Assembly: GCA_038746285.1 (NCBI GenBank)
Contig: JBCDKT010000011.1
Coordinates: 19,431 to 83,430 of the forward strand
Length of the DNA stretch: 64,000 nucleotides
Direction: 5' to 3'
From: Bacteroidota bacterium
GTDB lineage: Bacteria > Bacteroidota > Rhodothermia > Rhodothermales > JANQRZ01
Positions within the stretch are counted from its first letter, which is position 1; every line of letters begins with the position of its first letter. Below the pieces are notes generated by a model, which saw only the letters and a list, made by a program, of their open reading frames with translations, had not been told where the DNA came from and ran no database searches. The translations under genes and the position numbers were made by a program. Of the stretch, positions 37,255-47,765 are shown piece by piece.

Positions 37255-38346
37255 CTACTTTCGCTTGTCAGTTTTCTTGGGGCGCTTTCTGCCTCCGTCT
37301 TGGGGAAGCGGTGCCTCACCTTCGACTCCATTCCAGAGTGCAGCCGGATGCGAGATGCTGTATGACGGAACCGTTCGGCCTGCTCTGCTCTCGACTCCAC
37401 CCTCAAATCGTAGTTTCGCACCGTCCACGTACTCTGCCACCTCGTCCACGCAGACCCATCTACGGCTAAGCCGCTCACACACCTCCCCCGTCACGCACGA
37501 ACCAGCAAACGGATCAAGGACTAGATCGCCTGTGTCTGTCAGCATCCGAACGAAGAGCTCGGGCACGTCGGCAGGGAAGCGGGCTGGGTGTGGGCTAATT
37601 CCGTGCTCTTCGCACGAACGGAGGTAGGAGGAGTTGCTTTCCGTATTAGCGACGGCAATCAGATTTGGGGGAATGGCTGCCCCGTTGTTGCGGGAAAACT
37701 TGTCGCTAATGTCGTGTCCACTCGGGCGGAGTTTTGCTTTGTAGCCGTTCTTCAGCAGTCCCTTCATCGACTTGCTGTAAGGCGTCAGAACCCGACGGTT
37801 GCTTGCTTTAGGCCACGGCGTTTTAGACAACCACCAGACGCAATTGACGGCGTCCTTGACTCGGATGCGGCGAATGTTGACCCACTCGGCGGGCGTCGGC
37901 AGCTTCGAGGGGTTCCACCAGTAGAACTCTTGGGCGAGGTGGAAGCCGAACTGCTTGCACAGCATGATGAGCAGCTCGAAGTGATAGAGCGAGCGCGTAG
38001 GCTGGCGCGGTATCCAAGCACCACCGATGTCGATGACGAGCGAGCCATCGTCGGCCAGCACCCGGTGGAACTGCTCGGCAAACGGCTTGAACCAGTCTAG
38101 ATAGTCTTCCGCGTCGGCGTTGCCGTAGTCCTTCTTCCTAACGAGGCCGAAGGGCGGCGAGGTCATTATCAGGTTGACTTCGCCTTCCGACAGCGACGGA
38201 AGCACCGCGAGAGAGTCAGCCTGGAAGATGCGACCGAGATCGGTTTCGTACGCTGGCCGGGGGAATAAAGACTTCTGCTTACTCACGGTGCCTCTGGGTT
38301 CATCGAACTCTCTGAACGGGGTCGCCGGAAGATACGGGACTGCCAC
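37255..38346 (-). CDS. Beta-class DNA methyltransferase (N4-cytosine or N6-adenine; SPPF motif IV before motif I)
   Basis: NLIMTSPPFGLVRKKDY (motif IV) and later VLDPFAGSCVTGEVCERL (motif I, FxGxG). This order and the TSPPF motif resemble M.PvuII-type m4C enzymes. Confidence 0.85.
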   Translation of the reverse strand: MAVPYLPATPFREFDEPRGTVSKQKSLFPRPAYETDLGRIFQADSLAVLPSLSEGEVNLIMTSPPFGLVRKKDYGNADAEDYLDWFKPFAEQFHRVLADDGSLVIDIGGAWIPRQPTRSLYHFELLIMLCKQFGFHLAQEFYWWNPSKLPTPAEWVNIRRIRVKDAVNCVWWLSKTPWPKASNRRVLTPYSKSMKGLLKNGYKAKLRPSGHDISDKFSRNNGAAIPPNLIAVANTESNSSYLRSCEEHGISPHPARFPADVPELFVRMLTDTGDLVLDPFAGSCVTGEVCERLSRRWVCVDEVAEYVDGAKLRFEGGVESRAGRTVPSYSISHPAALWNGVEGEAPLPQDGGRKRPKKTDKRK

Positions 38347-38405
38347 GGGCCTGCGACAGCCACAGAGTAGGCTCCGTGCGGCCAGCGTTGCGTTTCGTCA
38401 GCGAG

Positions 38406-39338
38406 TTAGGCACGACCGACGGAACGCGCCAGGTCTTCTGCGACCCCGGAGCCTTTTGTACCGCTGAGGTCGAGCCAGCGGTAGGTGGCGCGACGGCGGA
38501 ACCAGGTGAGCTGGCGCTTGGCATAGCGCCGCGTGTTCTGCTTCAGGCGTCGGACCATCTCGTCGTACCCGACCTCGCCTCGGAGGTAGGCCAGCGGCTC
38601 GCGGTAGCCGATCGTCCGAAGCGGGTTGAGGCCCGGCGAGACACCGGCATCCAGCAGGCGACGGTTCTCGTCTAGCAGCCCCGCCTCCAGCATCTGATCT
38701 ACGCGCCGGTTGATGCGCTCGTACAACTCGGCGCGTGGCCGCGTAAGGACGACCGGCCCAAACGCGAACGGGGGCGGCGTTCGGTGGGCGTGGTAGTACG
38801 ACAGCGGGCGACCGGTGTCGCGCAGCACTTCGAGCGCACGGACGACGCGCTGCGTCTTGGTCGCGTCCATCGTCGCGGCGCTCGTCGGGTCGAGACGCTC
38901 CAGTTCGCGGTAGAGCACGTCGCCGCCCTCGTCGCGCAGCCGTGCCATCAGGACATCGCGCGTGGCGGGCGTCGTCTCGGGAATGTCGGCCAGCCCGTGC
39001 ATGAGAGCTTCGAGGTAGAGTGTCGAGCCGCCAACGACAACCGGGACCCGGCCGCGGCGAAGGATATCTCTGATGCGAGCGCTCGCAGCCTCGGCGAATC
39101 GCCCCGCCGAAAACGGCTCGTCCAGGTCCAGTTCGTCGATGAAGTGGTGCGGGACGCGGGCGAGCTCTTCGGGCGAAGGCTTCGCCGTGCCAATCGTGAG
39201 ACTCCGGTAGACCTGCCGACTGTCCGCCGAGACGATCTCGCCGCCAAGCCGCTCGGCCAGGGTGAGACTGAGCGCTGTCTTGCCTACGGCTGTCGGACCG
39301 ATGAGCGCGAGAATCGGTCTGGCCGAACCGCCCGCCAC
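38406..39338 (-). CDS. miaA: tRNA dimethylallyltransferase
   Basis: ILALIGPTAVGKTALSLTLAERLGGEIVSADSRQVYRSLTIGTAKPS...HHFID. The start is probably the GTG at 39338, just after the moeB stop. The ORF-track N-terminal extension overlaps moeB. Confidence 0.88.
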   Translation of the reverse strand: MAGGSARPILALIGPTAVGKTALSLTLAERLGGEIVSADSRQVYRSLTIGTAKPSPEELARVPHHFIDELDLDEPFSAGRFAEAASARIRDILRRGRVPVVVGGSTLYLEALMHGLADIPETTPATRDVLMARLRDEGGDVLYRELERLDPTSAATMDATKTQRVVRALEVLRDTGRPLSYYHAHRTPPPFAFGPVVLTRPRAELYERINRRVDQMLEAGLLDENRRLLDAGVSPGLNPLRTIGYREPLAYLRGEVGYDEMVRRLKQNTRRYAKRQLTWFRRRATYRWLDLSGTKGSGVAEDLARSVGRA

Positions 39339-39340
39339 GG

Positions 39341-40492
39341 TCAGTACTTCGGCATCGAGGGGTCGATCTCGTCGCTCCACGCGAGCACGCCGCCCTTGAG
39401 GTTGACCGCGCCCTCGAACCCTGCCTCGCGGAGCATCTGCACCGCCTTCGCCGAGCGTCCCCCGGAGCGGCAATGGACTACAAAGCTCTCTTCCCGGTGT
39501 TCCTCAATCTCCTCCAGCCGGTTCGGTAGCTCGTCGAGCGGGATCAGCGTCCCGTCAAGGTTGGCAATGGCGAACTCGTCGGGACGGCGCACGTCGAGGA
39601 TGAACGGGCGCTCGCCCCGGTCGATCTGGTCTTTCAGGTCTCGGACCGTGACTTCGGGGACAGCGGGGGAGGTGCTCATGGGCGAAGTGGCTGAGGAGGC
39701 GCAGAACGCCTCGTAGTCGATGAGATGGGTGATCGTGGGGTGGGTACCGCAGGCAGGGCAGTCCGGGTCCTTGGGGATAGCGAGGGAGCGAAACTGCATG
39801 GTCAAGGCGTCGACGAGCAGCAGGCGACCGATGAGCGGTTCGCCGATGCCGAGGATCAGCTTCAGCACCTCCGTCGCCTGGATCGTCCCGATGAGGCCGG
39901 GCAGCACGCCGAGCACCCCGCCTTCTGCGCAGTCCGGGACGAGGTCCGGTGGGGGAGGGCGGTCGTAGAGACACCGGTAGCAGGGCCCGTCATCGGTGCA
40001 AAATACCGTGACCTGCCCTTCGAAGCGGAAGACGGAGCCGTAGACGTTCGGCGTGCCGGTGAGCACGCACGCGTCGCTGACGAGGTAGCGCGTGGCGAAG
40101 TTATCACTCCCGTCGGCCACCACATCGTAGCCGCCGATGAGGTCGAGCGCGTTGTCGCTCGTCAGCCGCACCGGATGAGGAACGAGGTCGACGTGCGGGT
40201 TCAGATCGCGCAGTCGTTCCATCGCCGCTTCGAGCTTGGGACGGTCGGCGTCGCGGCTCCCGTAGAGCACCTGACGCTGAAGGTTCGTCTCGTCTACGCG
40301 GTCGAACTCTACGATCCCGATCCGACCGACACCTGCGGCGACAAGGTAGAGGGCGAGCGGCGACCCGAGCCCGCCCGCGCCGATGAGGAGCACGGAGGCC
40401 TGCTTGAGTCGTTCTTGTCCGGCGAGACCGACCGTGGGCAGCGTCAGGTGCCGCGCGTAGCGCCGGGTTTCGTCGGGTGAAAGCGCTGTCAC
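39341..40492 (-). CDS. moeB: Molybdopterin-synthase adenylyltransferase MoeB/ThiF with C-terminal rhodanese domain (MoeZ-type)
   Basis: RYARHLTLPTVGLAGQERL...VLLIGAGGLGSP, the CxxC pairs (CYRCLY, CPACG), and a rhodanese domain with active-site HCRSGGRS. The GTG start overlaps the stop of the upstream cyclase gene. Confidence 0.9.
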   Translation of the reverse strand: MTALSPDETRRYARHLTLPTVGLAGQERLKQASVLLIGAGGLGSPLALYLVAAGVGRIGIVEFDRVDETNLQRQVLYGSRDADRPKLEAAMERLRDLNPHVDLVPHPVRLTSDNALDLIGGYDVVADGSDNFATRYLVSDACVLTGTPNVYGSVFRFEGQVTVFCTDDGPCYRCLYDRPPPPDLVPDCAEGGVLGVLPGLIGTIQATEVLKLILGIGEPLIGRLLLVDALTMQFRSLAIPKDPDCPACGTHPTITHLIDYEAFCASSATSPMSTSPAVPEVTVRDLKDQIDRGERPFILDVRRPDEFAIANLDGTLIPLDELPNRLEEIEEHREESFVVHCRSGGRSAKAVQMLREAGFEGAVNLKGGVLAWSDEIDPSMPKY

Positions 40493-41250
40493 GTTTGATC
40501 CGTTATTGCAAGCAGCTTTTTGGGAAACCTGGAGGGTAAGTCTCCTGGTTGGGAGGCGATGAACATCAGCAAGCCCTGCACCACCAAGATGTTGGTGACG
40601 AGGAAGAAGACTGCTTCCTCAATGGGCAGGCCCAGCGGGTCGAAGTCCAAACTGTACGTGTTCGAGATGTCCCAGATGCCATTGCTGATGGCGAAGCGGT
40701 CGGCGATCCACAGGTACACGGTAGGCACTGCAATGCCGACGATCCACGCGCGGCGGTGTCGCCAGAAGACGGGTGCCGACAACCAGGCCATACCGGCGAG
40801 GACCGGGCCAGCCCACGCCAGGATAAGACCCATGTATAACGTGCGAGTACCGAACAGCATAGCCACGCCTGCAAGGCTCACGGCGGACCAGAATGCAACC
40901 AGTAGAGGGCGAATGCTACTGGAACTCTCGGCATGGGAATCCGAGATCTGAGCATGCACAATCATGAGCCATAATCCAGTCAGTACAGGCTGTAACAGAA
41001 AGAACATATACTCCTCAATGGGCACGTACCCAATCGTTGCCAGCACCCGGTCTTCACCGTAGTACCACACGCCTCGGTACACGAGGTAGTTGTCCCACGC
41101 TGTCGTGTAGATGAAGGCGATCAGCGCAACCAGCGCGATCCAGCCCCACGCACGCTTCGCACCGATGCCTCCCATCGGTTTCCGCTGGAGCACGATCAGT
41201 GCCGAGATGGGTGGGAGGATGAACGCGGCGTGGAACGCGAGGTAGGTCAA
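40489..41250 (-). CDS. Lycopene cyclase domain protein (fused CrtYc/CrtYd-type)
   Basis: Two repeats each carry the P(I/L)EE motif ([13 protein letters not shown] and [13 protein letters not shown]), there are seven TM-like segments, and it is adjacent to a CrtI-family gene. Confidence 0.75.
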   Translation of the reverse strand: MTYLAFHAAFILPPISALIVLQRKPMGGIGAKRAWGWIALVALIAFIYTTAWDNYLVYRGVWYYGEDRVLATIGYVPIEEYMFFLLQPVLTGLWLMIVHAQISDSHAESSSSIRPLLVAFWSAVSLAGVAMLFGTRTLYMGLILAWAGPVLAGMAWLSAPVFWRHRRAWIVGIAVPTVYLWIADRFAISNGIWDISNTYSLDFDPLGLPIEEAVFFLVTNILVVQGLLMFIASQPGDLPSRFPKKLLAITDQT

Positions 41251-42788
41251 TAGATTTTTTTCTCGAGGTCCTTCATGATGACGCGCGCTGCGTTGCGCCC
41301 CGAAGCTCCCATGATACCGCCGCCGGGGTGCGTGCTCGCTCCGGTGAGGTACAGCCCGTCGACGTGGCTGCGATAGCCGCTCATGGTGGGGAAGGGCCGC
41401 ATCATGAACATCTGGTCAAGGCTCATCTCCAGGTGCATCACGTTGCCCCTGAAGAGACCTAACTCGCGCTCCAGCCAGAGAGGATGCTGGAAAAGTTGGC
41501 CCACTACCTTACCGCGGGTCTCGGGAGCGTACTGCTCGAAGGTGTCCAGGATGCGGTCGGCTACAGCGTCCTCGATGTCGTCCCAGGACTGGCCGTTTGC
41601 GAGTTCATACGGGTAGTACTGTGCCCAGAGCCAAAGCACCTCGCCACCAGGCGGGGCAAGCGAATCGTCGACCGCGCTGAACGTCATGGCTACGATCGGC
41701 GGGTCGTGGGCGGGCTCACCACGCAGGTAGTCGCCGTAGGCACTCGTAACCTGCTGCCGGTCCCGGCAGAGGAGCTGGAGCCCAATGCGTGCTTCGTCAC
41801 CGGGATGCGCCGCGTACTGCACCGGCTCCGAGAGCGCCAGTCGCAAAATGGCCCCGAACCCGTTTCCCACGCGAGGCGCCGCTGTGGAAGACGTGCGGTA
41901 GCGGGCTGGCAGAAGACGTTCGACTGTTTCTAGTATGTGGGTACCGGAGAGGACGCACCTGGCGGTGTACACGTCGCTACCTACACGCACGCCGGTAGCT
42001 CTGTCTTTTTCGACGAGTATATCTCCGACAGGTGCCGAGGTAAACACGGCCCCGCCGTGCGCTTCAATGCACATGCGCAGCGCCTGTGTTAGCATGCCGG
42101 ACCCGCCTCGGGGACGGGCCGCGCCGCCTTCGTGGTAGAGCGGATGCCAGAGCAGAAAGGGCGCGGTGATGGGCTCTGTGGGTGGCGGTCCAGACTGCGC
42201 CGCCATCCACACGAGCGGCGTCTTCACCTTCTCCTCGTTGAAATACTCGTCGACTACCTCGCCGTAGGGCTTCATGATGAGCCCCAGCGCCCGCTGCCAG
42301 TCCATCTGGGCTGAGGGACCGAACACCATCTTCCTCCCGAGCTCGAACGGCCCCGGCGTCGAGAGGAAGATGTCCTTGATCGTTTTGGAGAACGGGTGCC
42401 ACTCCTGGATGAAACGCCGGTAGGCCTCGCCTTCGCCCGGGAACTGAGACTCGATGTGATCAGCCGTCCGGTCTGCACTTCGGTAGAAAAAAAGACTGTC
42501 TCCGTCGCCAGAGGAAGAGTAAAAGAGCGGATCTAACTCTATGTAATCTAGGCCATGTTCGTACAGGTCTAGTTCGTCAATAATAGGGGTCAAGCGAATG
42601 AGTATGTGCGCGCTACCACCGAGGTCGAACTGATATCCGGGTATAATCTCTTTGGTAGATACAGCACCCCCTACAATGTCACGACGTTCAAAGACACCGA
42701 CGCGGTATCCTGCCTTGGCGAGATAGGCCGCCGACACGAGCGCGTTGTGGCCGGCTCCGACGACAGCAACGTCAAAATCATAGTGCAT
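41247..42788 (-). CDS. Phytoene desaturase (CrtI) family FAD-dependent oxidoreductase
   Basis: [42 protein letters not shown] is a Rossmann GxGxxG/FAD motif. 514 aa. I chose ATG 42788 inside ORF 41247..42860. Confidence 0.8.
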   Translation of the reverse strand: MHYDFDVAVVGAGHNALVSAAYLAKAGYRVGVFERRDIVGGAVSTKEIIPGYQFDLGGSAHILIRLTPIIDELDLYEHGLDYIELDPLFYSSSGDGDSLFFYRSADRTADHIESQFPGEGEAYRRFIQEWHPFSKTIKDIFLSTPGPFELGRKMVFGPSAQMDWQRALGLIMKPYGEVVDEYFNEEKVKTPLVWMAAQSGPPPTEPITAPFLLWHPLYHEGGAARPRGGSGMLTQALRMCIEAHGGAVFTSAPVGDILVEKDRATGVRVGSDVYTARCVLSGTHILETVERLLPARYRTSSTAAPRVGNGFGAILRLALSEPVQYAAHPGDEARIGLQLLCRDRQQVTSAYGDYLRGEPAHDPPIVAMTFSAVDDSLAPPGGEVLWLWAQYYPYELANGQSWDDIEDAVADRILDTFEQYAPETRGKVVGQLFQHPLWLERELGLFRGNVMHLEMSLDQMFMMRPFPTMSGYRSHVDGLYLTGASTHPGGGIMGASGRNAARVIMKDLEKKIY

Positions 42789-42816
42789 GAGATTTAAGTC
42801 TGTTATTGCAAGATGA

Positions 42817-43785
42817 TTAAATCTTGATGTAGTCAGCAGCGCTGTCCTTGAGCTTGTCACGCTGGTGCACGTAGGTCATCGTCGTCTCGAGACGCTTGTG
42901 CCTTGCGTGGGTCTGCACCTGCTGCAGAGACGCACCCGACTCGATGGCGAGTGTGCATCCGGTATGACGCAGTGTGTGGGCTCCGATCTTCGCGTCGAGG
43001 CCAGCGCGGCGCGCAGTCCGCCTCACTACCTCGTAGATAGCAGAGGGGGACATTCTGTTTCCACGGCTCGAATTGCGGCTCAGCGAGCGCCAGAGTGCGC
43101 CTCCCTCGATACCGTAGTATTGCTTCATAGTTTCAATCGACTCGACGAGGAAGGCCGGTACCTTGACGTACTCGTTCGCGCCGCCTTTCGTGCGAGGAAG
43201 GTCGAGGATCCAGTAAGGCCCGGAGCTTCGAACGTGCGACACGTCCATCGCGGCGGCCTCGGAGCGGCGCAGTGTGCAGTGCAGCAAGACGTTCACGAGG
43301 GTCCAGTCCCGCACGGCAGCTCCGCCGTTCAGATTGGTAGCCTCGACAAGGAGCCGTGCCTGCTGCTTCGTTAAAACTGTTATTGGAAGATTGCTTTTTG
43401 AGTTTCGGTCTACCCGTCTAATCACACTTCGGTCTGCAGGATTGGTCTTGACCAGATCGAGCGCTATGAGCCAGCTGTAGAACCCCCTAATAGCGGATAT
43501 TTTCCTGCGTACCGTGCTCGACTGGAGTCCAGAAGACTGGAGCTCCCGGACATAGGCGTTGAGATGAACAAAATTCAACTGCTGCGCCATACGGAGCGTG
43601 ACAAACTCTGATCTGAAAAGCCGCAGGAGGTCACTTCTGTAGGCCCGCCTTGTCTGTTCACGGTCGAAGCGCAGCAAGTAGACAGGTAGCAGGTCAGCGT
43701 CGAGCGCCTGTGCGTCCGGGACGGTTATATTCTGGCCTGAGGCCGTAACGGTCGCTGGCAGCCTTGCGTGATCGGAGGTGTCCAT
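42817..43785 (-). CDS. Tyrosine recombinase/integrase (Xer-like, with SAM-like N-domain)
   Basis: Catalytic signature: LRRSEAAAM (Arg I), [11 protein letters not shown] (HxxR) and [12 protein letters not shown] (His...Tyr). The N-terminus has [13 protein letters not shown]...IRGFYSWL. Confidence 0.85.
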   Translation of the reverse strand: MDTSDHARLPATVTASGQNITVPDAQALDADLLPVYLLRFDREQTRRAYRSDLLRLFRSEFVTLRMAQQLNFVHLNAYVRELQSSGLQSSTVRRKISAIRGFYSWLIALDLVKTNPADRSVIRRVDRNSKSNLPITVLTKQQARLLVEATNLNGGAAVRDWTLVNVLLHCTLRRSEAAAMDVSHVRSSGPYWILDLPRTKGGANEYVKVPAFLVESIETMKQYYGIEGGALWRSLSRNSSRGNRMSPSAIYEVVRRTARRAGLDAKIGAHTLRHTGCTLAIESGASLQQVQTHARHKRLETTMTYVHQRDKLKDSAADYIKI

Positions 43786-43874
43786 CGGTACTGGGGTCTC
43801 GCTTGAACGCTATCTGGTACCCTTGATAATAAGGGTTATCACAGGTATAAGTCAACCCAACGCGCTACCCGCCT

Positions 43875-44678
43875 ATGCCGAACCCCAACGAGCCCGGTTC
43901 GCCCCGTTTCCACCCGGTTGTCGTCGGTGCGCTCTATCCAAGCGTCGAGCGTGGTCTGGCGGCCGACCTCGCCGCGGCGCGCGCGCTGGGAGGATGTGGC
44001 TATCCTGTCTGCACGTCGCTGGTTATGGCCGGTCACAACGTAGTGACCGATGCGACCGACGTGCCGGAGGACACGATTCGGGCTCAGCTAGAGCATGTCA
44101 TGCAGACGGTCCAACCCGCCGGCGTCAAGATCGGAGTGCTGTCGTCCCATCCGGCAGCTGAGGCCGTCTTTCGGTTTGCAGATAGCTTCGACGGGCCGGT
44201 CGTGCTCGACATCCAGCTCAGCGGGCCGAGTGGTGAGACGGTGCTCACGCGTCGGGGTATCGGTGTGCTCATGGACCATCTCGCCGTCTCAGACCTCGTT
44301 GTTGTAGGCCATGCCGATGCCGAGTTGCTCAGCGAGGGTGAGATCAACTCCCTCGACGATGCCCAGGTTGCGGCTCAGCGCCTGGCTCACCGAGGGGCGC
44401 GTGCCGTGGTAATCAAGTGCGGCACCCTACCGGCTCGTCACTTCGAAGCAAACGGAGACGCGCCGGATGACACTGTGTTCAACACCGACTTGTACTTTGA
44501 CGGCGAAGAGTTCGCGCTCTTTGAGGCACCGCACGCCCGTGGCGTAAACCAAGACGGCACTTCCAGCCTGTTTTCCCTCGCAGCGCTTCAGGGGCTTGCG
44601 GGTCGGCAGGTCCAGCAAGAAGCGCTACAGTATGCCAAACGCCTGGTAACAGATAGCCTACATAAAATCAAAAAGTAA
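43875..44678 (+). CDS. ThiD/PfkB-like kinase-fold protein, divergent
   Basis: Overall similarity to hydroxymethylpyrimidine kinase (VKIGVLSS..., AVVIKCG). The N-terminal GSDSGGGAG-type motif is replaced by ALYPSVERGLA. Confidence 0.45.
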   Translation: MPNPNEPGSPRFHPVVVGALYPSVERGLAADLAAARALGGCGYPVCTSLVMAGHNVVTDATDVPEDTIRAQLEHVMQTVQPAGVKIGVLSSHPAAEAVFRFADSFDGPVVLDIQLSGPSGETVLTRRGIGVLMDHLAVSDLVVVGHADAELLSEGEINSLDDAQVAAQRLAHRGARAVVIKCGTLPARHFEANGDAPDDTVFNTDLYFDGEEFALFEAPHARGVNQDGTSSLFSLAALQGLAGRQVQQEALQYAKRLVTDSLHKIKK

Positions 44679-44711
44679 CTTCATACAATAACAGCTATAT
44701 CTCATCACGCC

Positions 44712-45755
44712 ATGTCGTCTACGAAACGGACCATCTACGAAGTCGCGGCCGAAGCCGGTGTAGCCATCTCAACGGTTTCCCGCGTACTCAACGGCTCCAG
44801 CGAGGTAGCCGACGCGACCCGCGAGCGCGTCCAGGCTGCTATCGACAAGCTTCAGTTCCGTCCGCAGCGTACAGCCCGGACGCTTGCCCAGCAGCAGACA
44901 GACTCGCTTGCCGTGGCGATGCCGTCCTTCACCTCGCTCTTTTACGTCGAGCTTCTCAAAGGCGTCAAGGACGAGTTGCGAGACCACGACATCGACCTGC
45001 TGATGTGTAACCTCGGCTCGGGCGCGCCCTACCAGACGCTGGAGCGGTTTCTGGACCGCGGTGCCGTTGACGCACTGATGCTGACCTCGCTTCCGGTCGA
45101 TGCAAAGCTGCGAGACGAACTAGCGAGGCTGCACGCTCCTGTCGTGCTCGTCGGGACGCAGTCGAAGGCGTTCGACTCGTTTTACTGGGACGAAGCTGCC
45201 GGCATCGAGCGCTCCGTCGTGCACCTCGCGCAGCAGGAGCATCGCCGGATCGGACTTATCGCCGCCCATCCCGGAAGCCAGAATGCGGACGAGCGCCTGG
45301 CAGGCTACCGGCGCGGCCTCGAGGCCGCCGACTTAGCCTACGACCCCACCCTCGTTGTGATGGGCGAGACGACCAAGCACGCCGGGTTCAGCGAGGAGGC
45401 CGGCGTGGAGGCCATGACCAAGCTGCTTGCTCTAGACACCCCGGTCACGGCTGTGTGCGCTTCCTCTGACGTGCAAGCCATCGGGGCTTGGTCCGCGCTG
45501 CGCGGCGCCGGGCTGCGTGTGCCGGAAGACGTTGCGCTCGTCGGGTTCAACAACCTCAAGCTCTGCCACTACCTCGGGCTGAGTTCCGTGGACCTTCGGA
45601 TGCACGACGTGGGATGCCGCGCCACGCGGCTCTTACTTAACCGGATGAGAGCGCCCAGCCAGCCGGTTACCGAAGCGATGACACCCGAGCTTATCGTGCG
45701 CCGCAGCAGCGTTGCCACACCCCAGCCTGTCCACACAGCTTCTTCCCACTCATGA
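44712..45755 (+). CDS. LacI family transcriptional regulator
   Basis: HTH TIYEVAAEAGVAISTVSRVLNGS plus a periplasmic-binding-protein-like core. Confidence 0.9.
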   Translation: MSSTKRTIYEVAAEAGVAISTVSRVLNGSSEVADATRERVQAAIDKLQFRPQRTARTLAQQQTDSLAVAMPSFTSLFYVELLKGVKDELRDHDIDLLMCNLGSGAPYQTLERFLDRGAVDALMLTSLPVDAKLRDELARLHAPVVLVGTQSKAFDSFYWDEAAGIERSVVHLAQQEHRRIGLIAAHPGSQNADERLAGYRRGLEAADLAYDPTLVVMGETTKHAGFSEEAGVEAMTKLLALDTPVTAVCASSDVQAIGAWSALRGAGLRVPEDVALVGFNNLKLCHYLGLSSVDLRMHDVGCRATRLLLNRMRAPSQPVTEAMTPELIVRRSSVATPQPVHTASSHS

Positions 45756-46729
45756 CGCCCTCGCCCGCCCTCGACGACGTGCTGCACCGCCAGCTCGGCC
45801 ACTGCCTTGTCGAGACTCACTTCGACGATCTGGGCCAGCGGTACGGGGGCAAGGTGCGCGACACCTACCGCACACCAGAGGGCCGGCTGATTCTGGTCAC
45901 GACGGACCGCATCTCGGCCTTCGATCACATCCTGCCACAGCCGATTCCGTTTAAAGGACAGGTTCTAAACCAACTCGCAGCGTACTTCTTCGGCAAGACC
46001 GAAGACATCGTTCCGAACCATGTCGTCTCGGTTCCCGACCCCAACGTGACGGTTGCGCTCGCCTGCGAGCCGATCCCAGTCGAGTTTGTCGTGCGAGGCT
46101 ACCTGGCCGGCCACGCATGGCGAGTCTACCGGGACGGCGGGCGCATACTGTGCGGGGTCCCGCTTCCCGATGGCCTCCGTCAGAACAGCCGGCTTCCGGA
46201 GCCCATCCTGACGCCTGCTACGAAGGCCGCCGAGGGACACGACGAGGACATCTCACGCGAGGGCGTCCTCGGGCGCGGCTTACTCAGCGCCGGACGGTTC
46301 GACGAAATCGCCGGCGTGGCGAAGCAGCTCTTCGCACGGGGCACAGAACTCGCAGCCGAGCGTGGACTGATCCTGGTAGACACGAAGTACGAGTTCGGGC
46401 TAGACCGCCAGGGCGATGTCGTGCTGATCGACGAAGTGCACACGCCGGACTCGTCGCGCTACTTCTACGCTGCAGGCTACGACGAGCGGCTCGCAGCCGA
46501 CGAGCCGCAGCGCCAGCTCTCCAAAGAGTTCGTGCGGGAGTGGCTGATGGACCACGGCTTTCAAGGCCAGGCGGGCCAGGCAATGCCTGACCTCCCCGAC
46601 GACTTTCGGGTGCTAGCTGCGAAACGCTACATCGAACTCTTCGAGACCGTGACCGGCCACACTTTCGAACCGGACGCGCATCTAAGCCCGACGTCGCGTA
46701 TTCATAGTGCCCTTTCTTCGTTTGCTTGA
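45752..46729 (+). CDS. purC: Phosphoribosylaminoimidazole-succinocarboxamide synthase (long form)
   Basis: GKVRDTYRT..GRLILVTTDRISAFD, LILVDTKYEFG and IDEVHTPDSSRYF. It overlaps the lacI stop by 4 nt. Confidence 0.9.
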   Translation: MTPSPALDDVLHRQLGHCLVETHFDDLGQRYGGKVRDTYRTPEGRLILVTTDRISAFDHILPQPIPFKGQVLNQLAAYFFGKTEDIVPNHVVSVPDPNVTVALACEPIPVEFVVRGYLAGHAWRVYRDGGRILCGVPLPDGLRQNSRLPEPILTPATKAAEGHDEDISREGVLGRGLLSAGRFDEIAGVAKQLFARGTELAAERGLILVDTKYEFGLDRQGDVVLIDEVHTPDSSRYFYAAGYDERLAADEPQRQLSKEFVREWLMDHGFQGQAGQAMPDLPDDFRVLAAKRYIELFETVTGHTFEPDAHLSPTSRIHSALSSFA

Positions 46730-46760
46730 AATGCAGTAACGGATATATGTCTTGAGCGGT

Positions 46761-47741
46761 TCAGTCTTCCTCGCCTGCAAGGATGGCCGTAATCGCCGCG
46801 ACATTGACGATGTCCTCTGCGTCGGAGCCACGCGAGAGGTCGTTGGCCGGCTGCTTGAGCCCTTGTAGGATCGGCCCGAACGCCTCGGCCCCGCCGATCC
46901 GCTGCGCGATTTTGTAGCCGATGTTGCCTGCGTCGAGGTTTGGGAAGACAAACACGTTGGCTTTCCCGGCGATGTCTGAGCCGGGCGCTTTTCGCTCGCC
47001 CACCGACGGAATGAAGGCAGCATCAAACTGAAACTCGCCGTCGATGGCAAGCTCTGGACGCATCACCTGCGCTTTCGCCGTAGCCGCGCGGACGAGGTCA
47101 ACGGCCGGATCGTCGGCACTGCCCTTCGTCGAGAACGACAGGAACGCGACCCGCGGCTCTTCGCCCACCAGCAGCCGGTGCGACCGGGCCGCGTCGACGC
47201 CGATCGAGGCGAGTTGGTCGGCGTCAGGCGTGGGAACGACGCCGCAATCGGCGAACGTGACGGGCCGGCCGTCGGTCAAGACCATCAGGAAGAAGCTCGA
47301 CACCAGCGCAGAGCCTTCGTCCACGCCAATGCAGTGGATCGCTGCGCGGAGCACGTCGGGGGTCGGGTGCGCGGCGCCGGCTACGCTGCCGTCAACCTCT
47401 CCGCGCCTCACCATGAGGGCCCCGAAGTAGAGCTCGTCTTGCACCGTCTCGCGGGCCTGCTCGTAGGTCATCCCGCGGTGCTTGCGAAGCTGGAACAGCT
47501 CCTGCGCGAACTCCGCGGCTCGGCCCGACCGCACCGGGTCGATGATCGGCACGGTGTGCGGAAGCGTGACGTCTTCCTCGGCTGCGACGGCGCGCACGGT
47601 CTCCTCGTTGCCGAGCAGCACGGGCCGGGCGATGCCCTGCTCGACAAGCGTGTGTGCAGCGCGGACGGTTCGCGGGTCTACCCCCTCTGGGAGCACGATG
47701 CGCTTGTTCAGTGCCTGGGCACGGCTGAGCAAATTTTGCAT
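46761..47741 (-). CDS. pta: Phosphate acetyltransferase
   Basis: KRIVLPEGVDPRTVRAA....GIARPVLLG and the C-terminal NVFVFPNLDAGNIGYKIAQRIGGAEAFGPILQGL, typical of Pta. Confidence 0.9.
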   Translation of the reverse strand: MQNLLSRAQALNKRIVLPEGVDPRTVRAAHTLVEQGIARPVLLGNEETVRAVAAEEDVTLPHTVPIIDPVRSGRAAEFAQELFQLRKHRGMTYEQARETVQDELYFGALMVRRGEVDGSVAGAAHPTPDVLRAAIHCIGVDEGSALVSSFFLMVLTDGRPVTFADCGVVPTPDADQLASIGVDAARSHRLLVGEEPRVAFLSFSTKGSADDPAVDLVRAATAKAQVMRPELAIDGEFQFDAAFIPSVGERKAPGSDIAGKANVFVFPNLDAGNIGYKIAQRIGGAEAFGPILQGLKQPANDLSRGSDAEDIVNVAAITAILAGEED

Positions 47742-47765
47742 TGCAATAACGGATTAAATGAGTAG

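Noticed and set aside
40498-47754. Interpreting the CYGTTATTGCA copies as sigma54 promoters (-24 GG / -12 TTGC) or as integron attC/attI core sites (GTTRRRY).
   Set aside because: No GG lies at the required 10-nt spacing upstream of the GC in the copies I checked. GTTATTG does not fit GTTRRRY, and its complement does not fit RYYYAAC. The recombinase is Xer-like and there is no attC-type imperfect palindrome structure.
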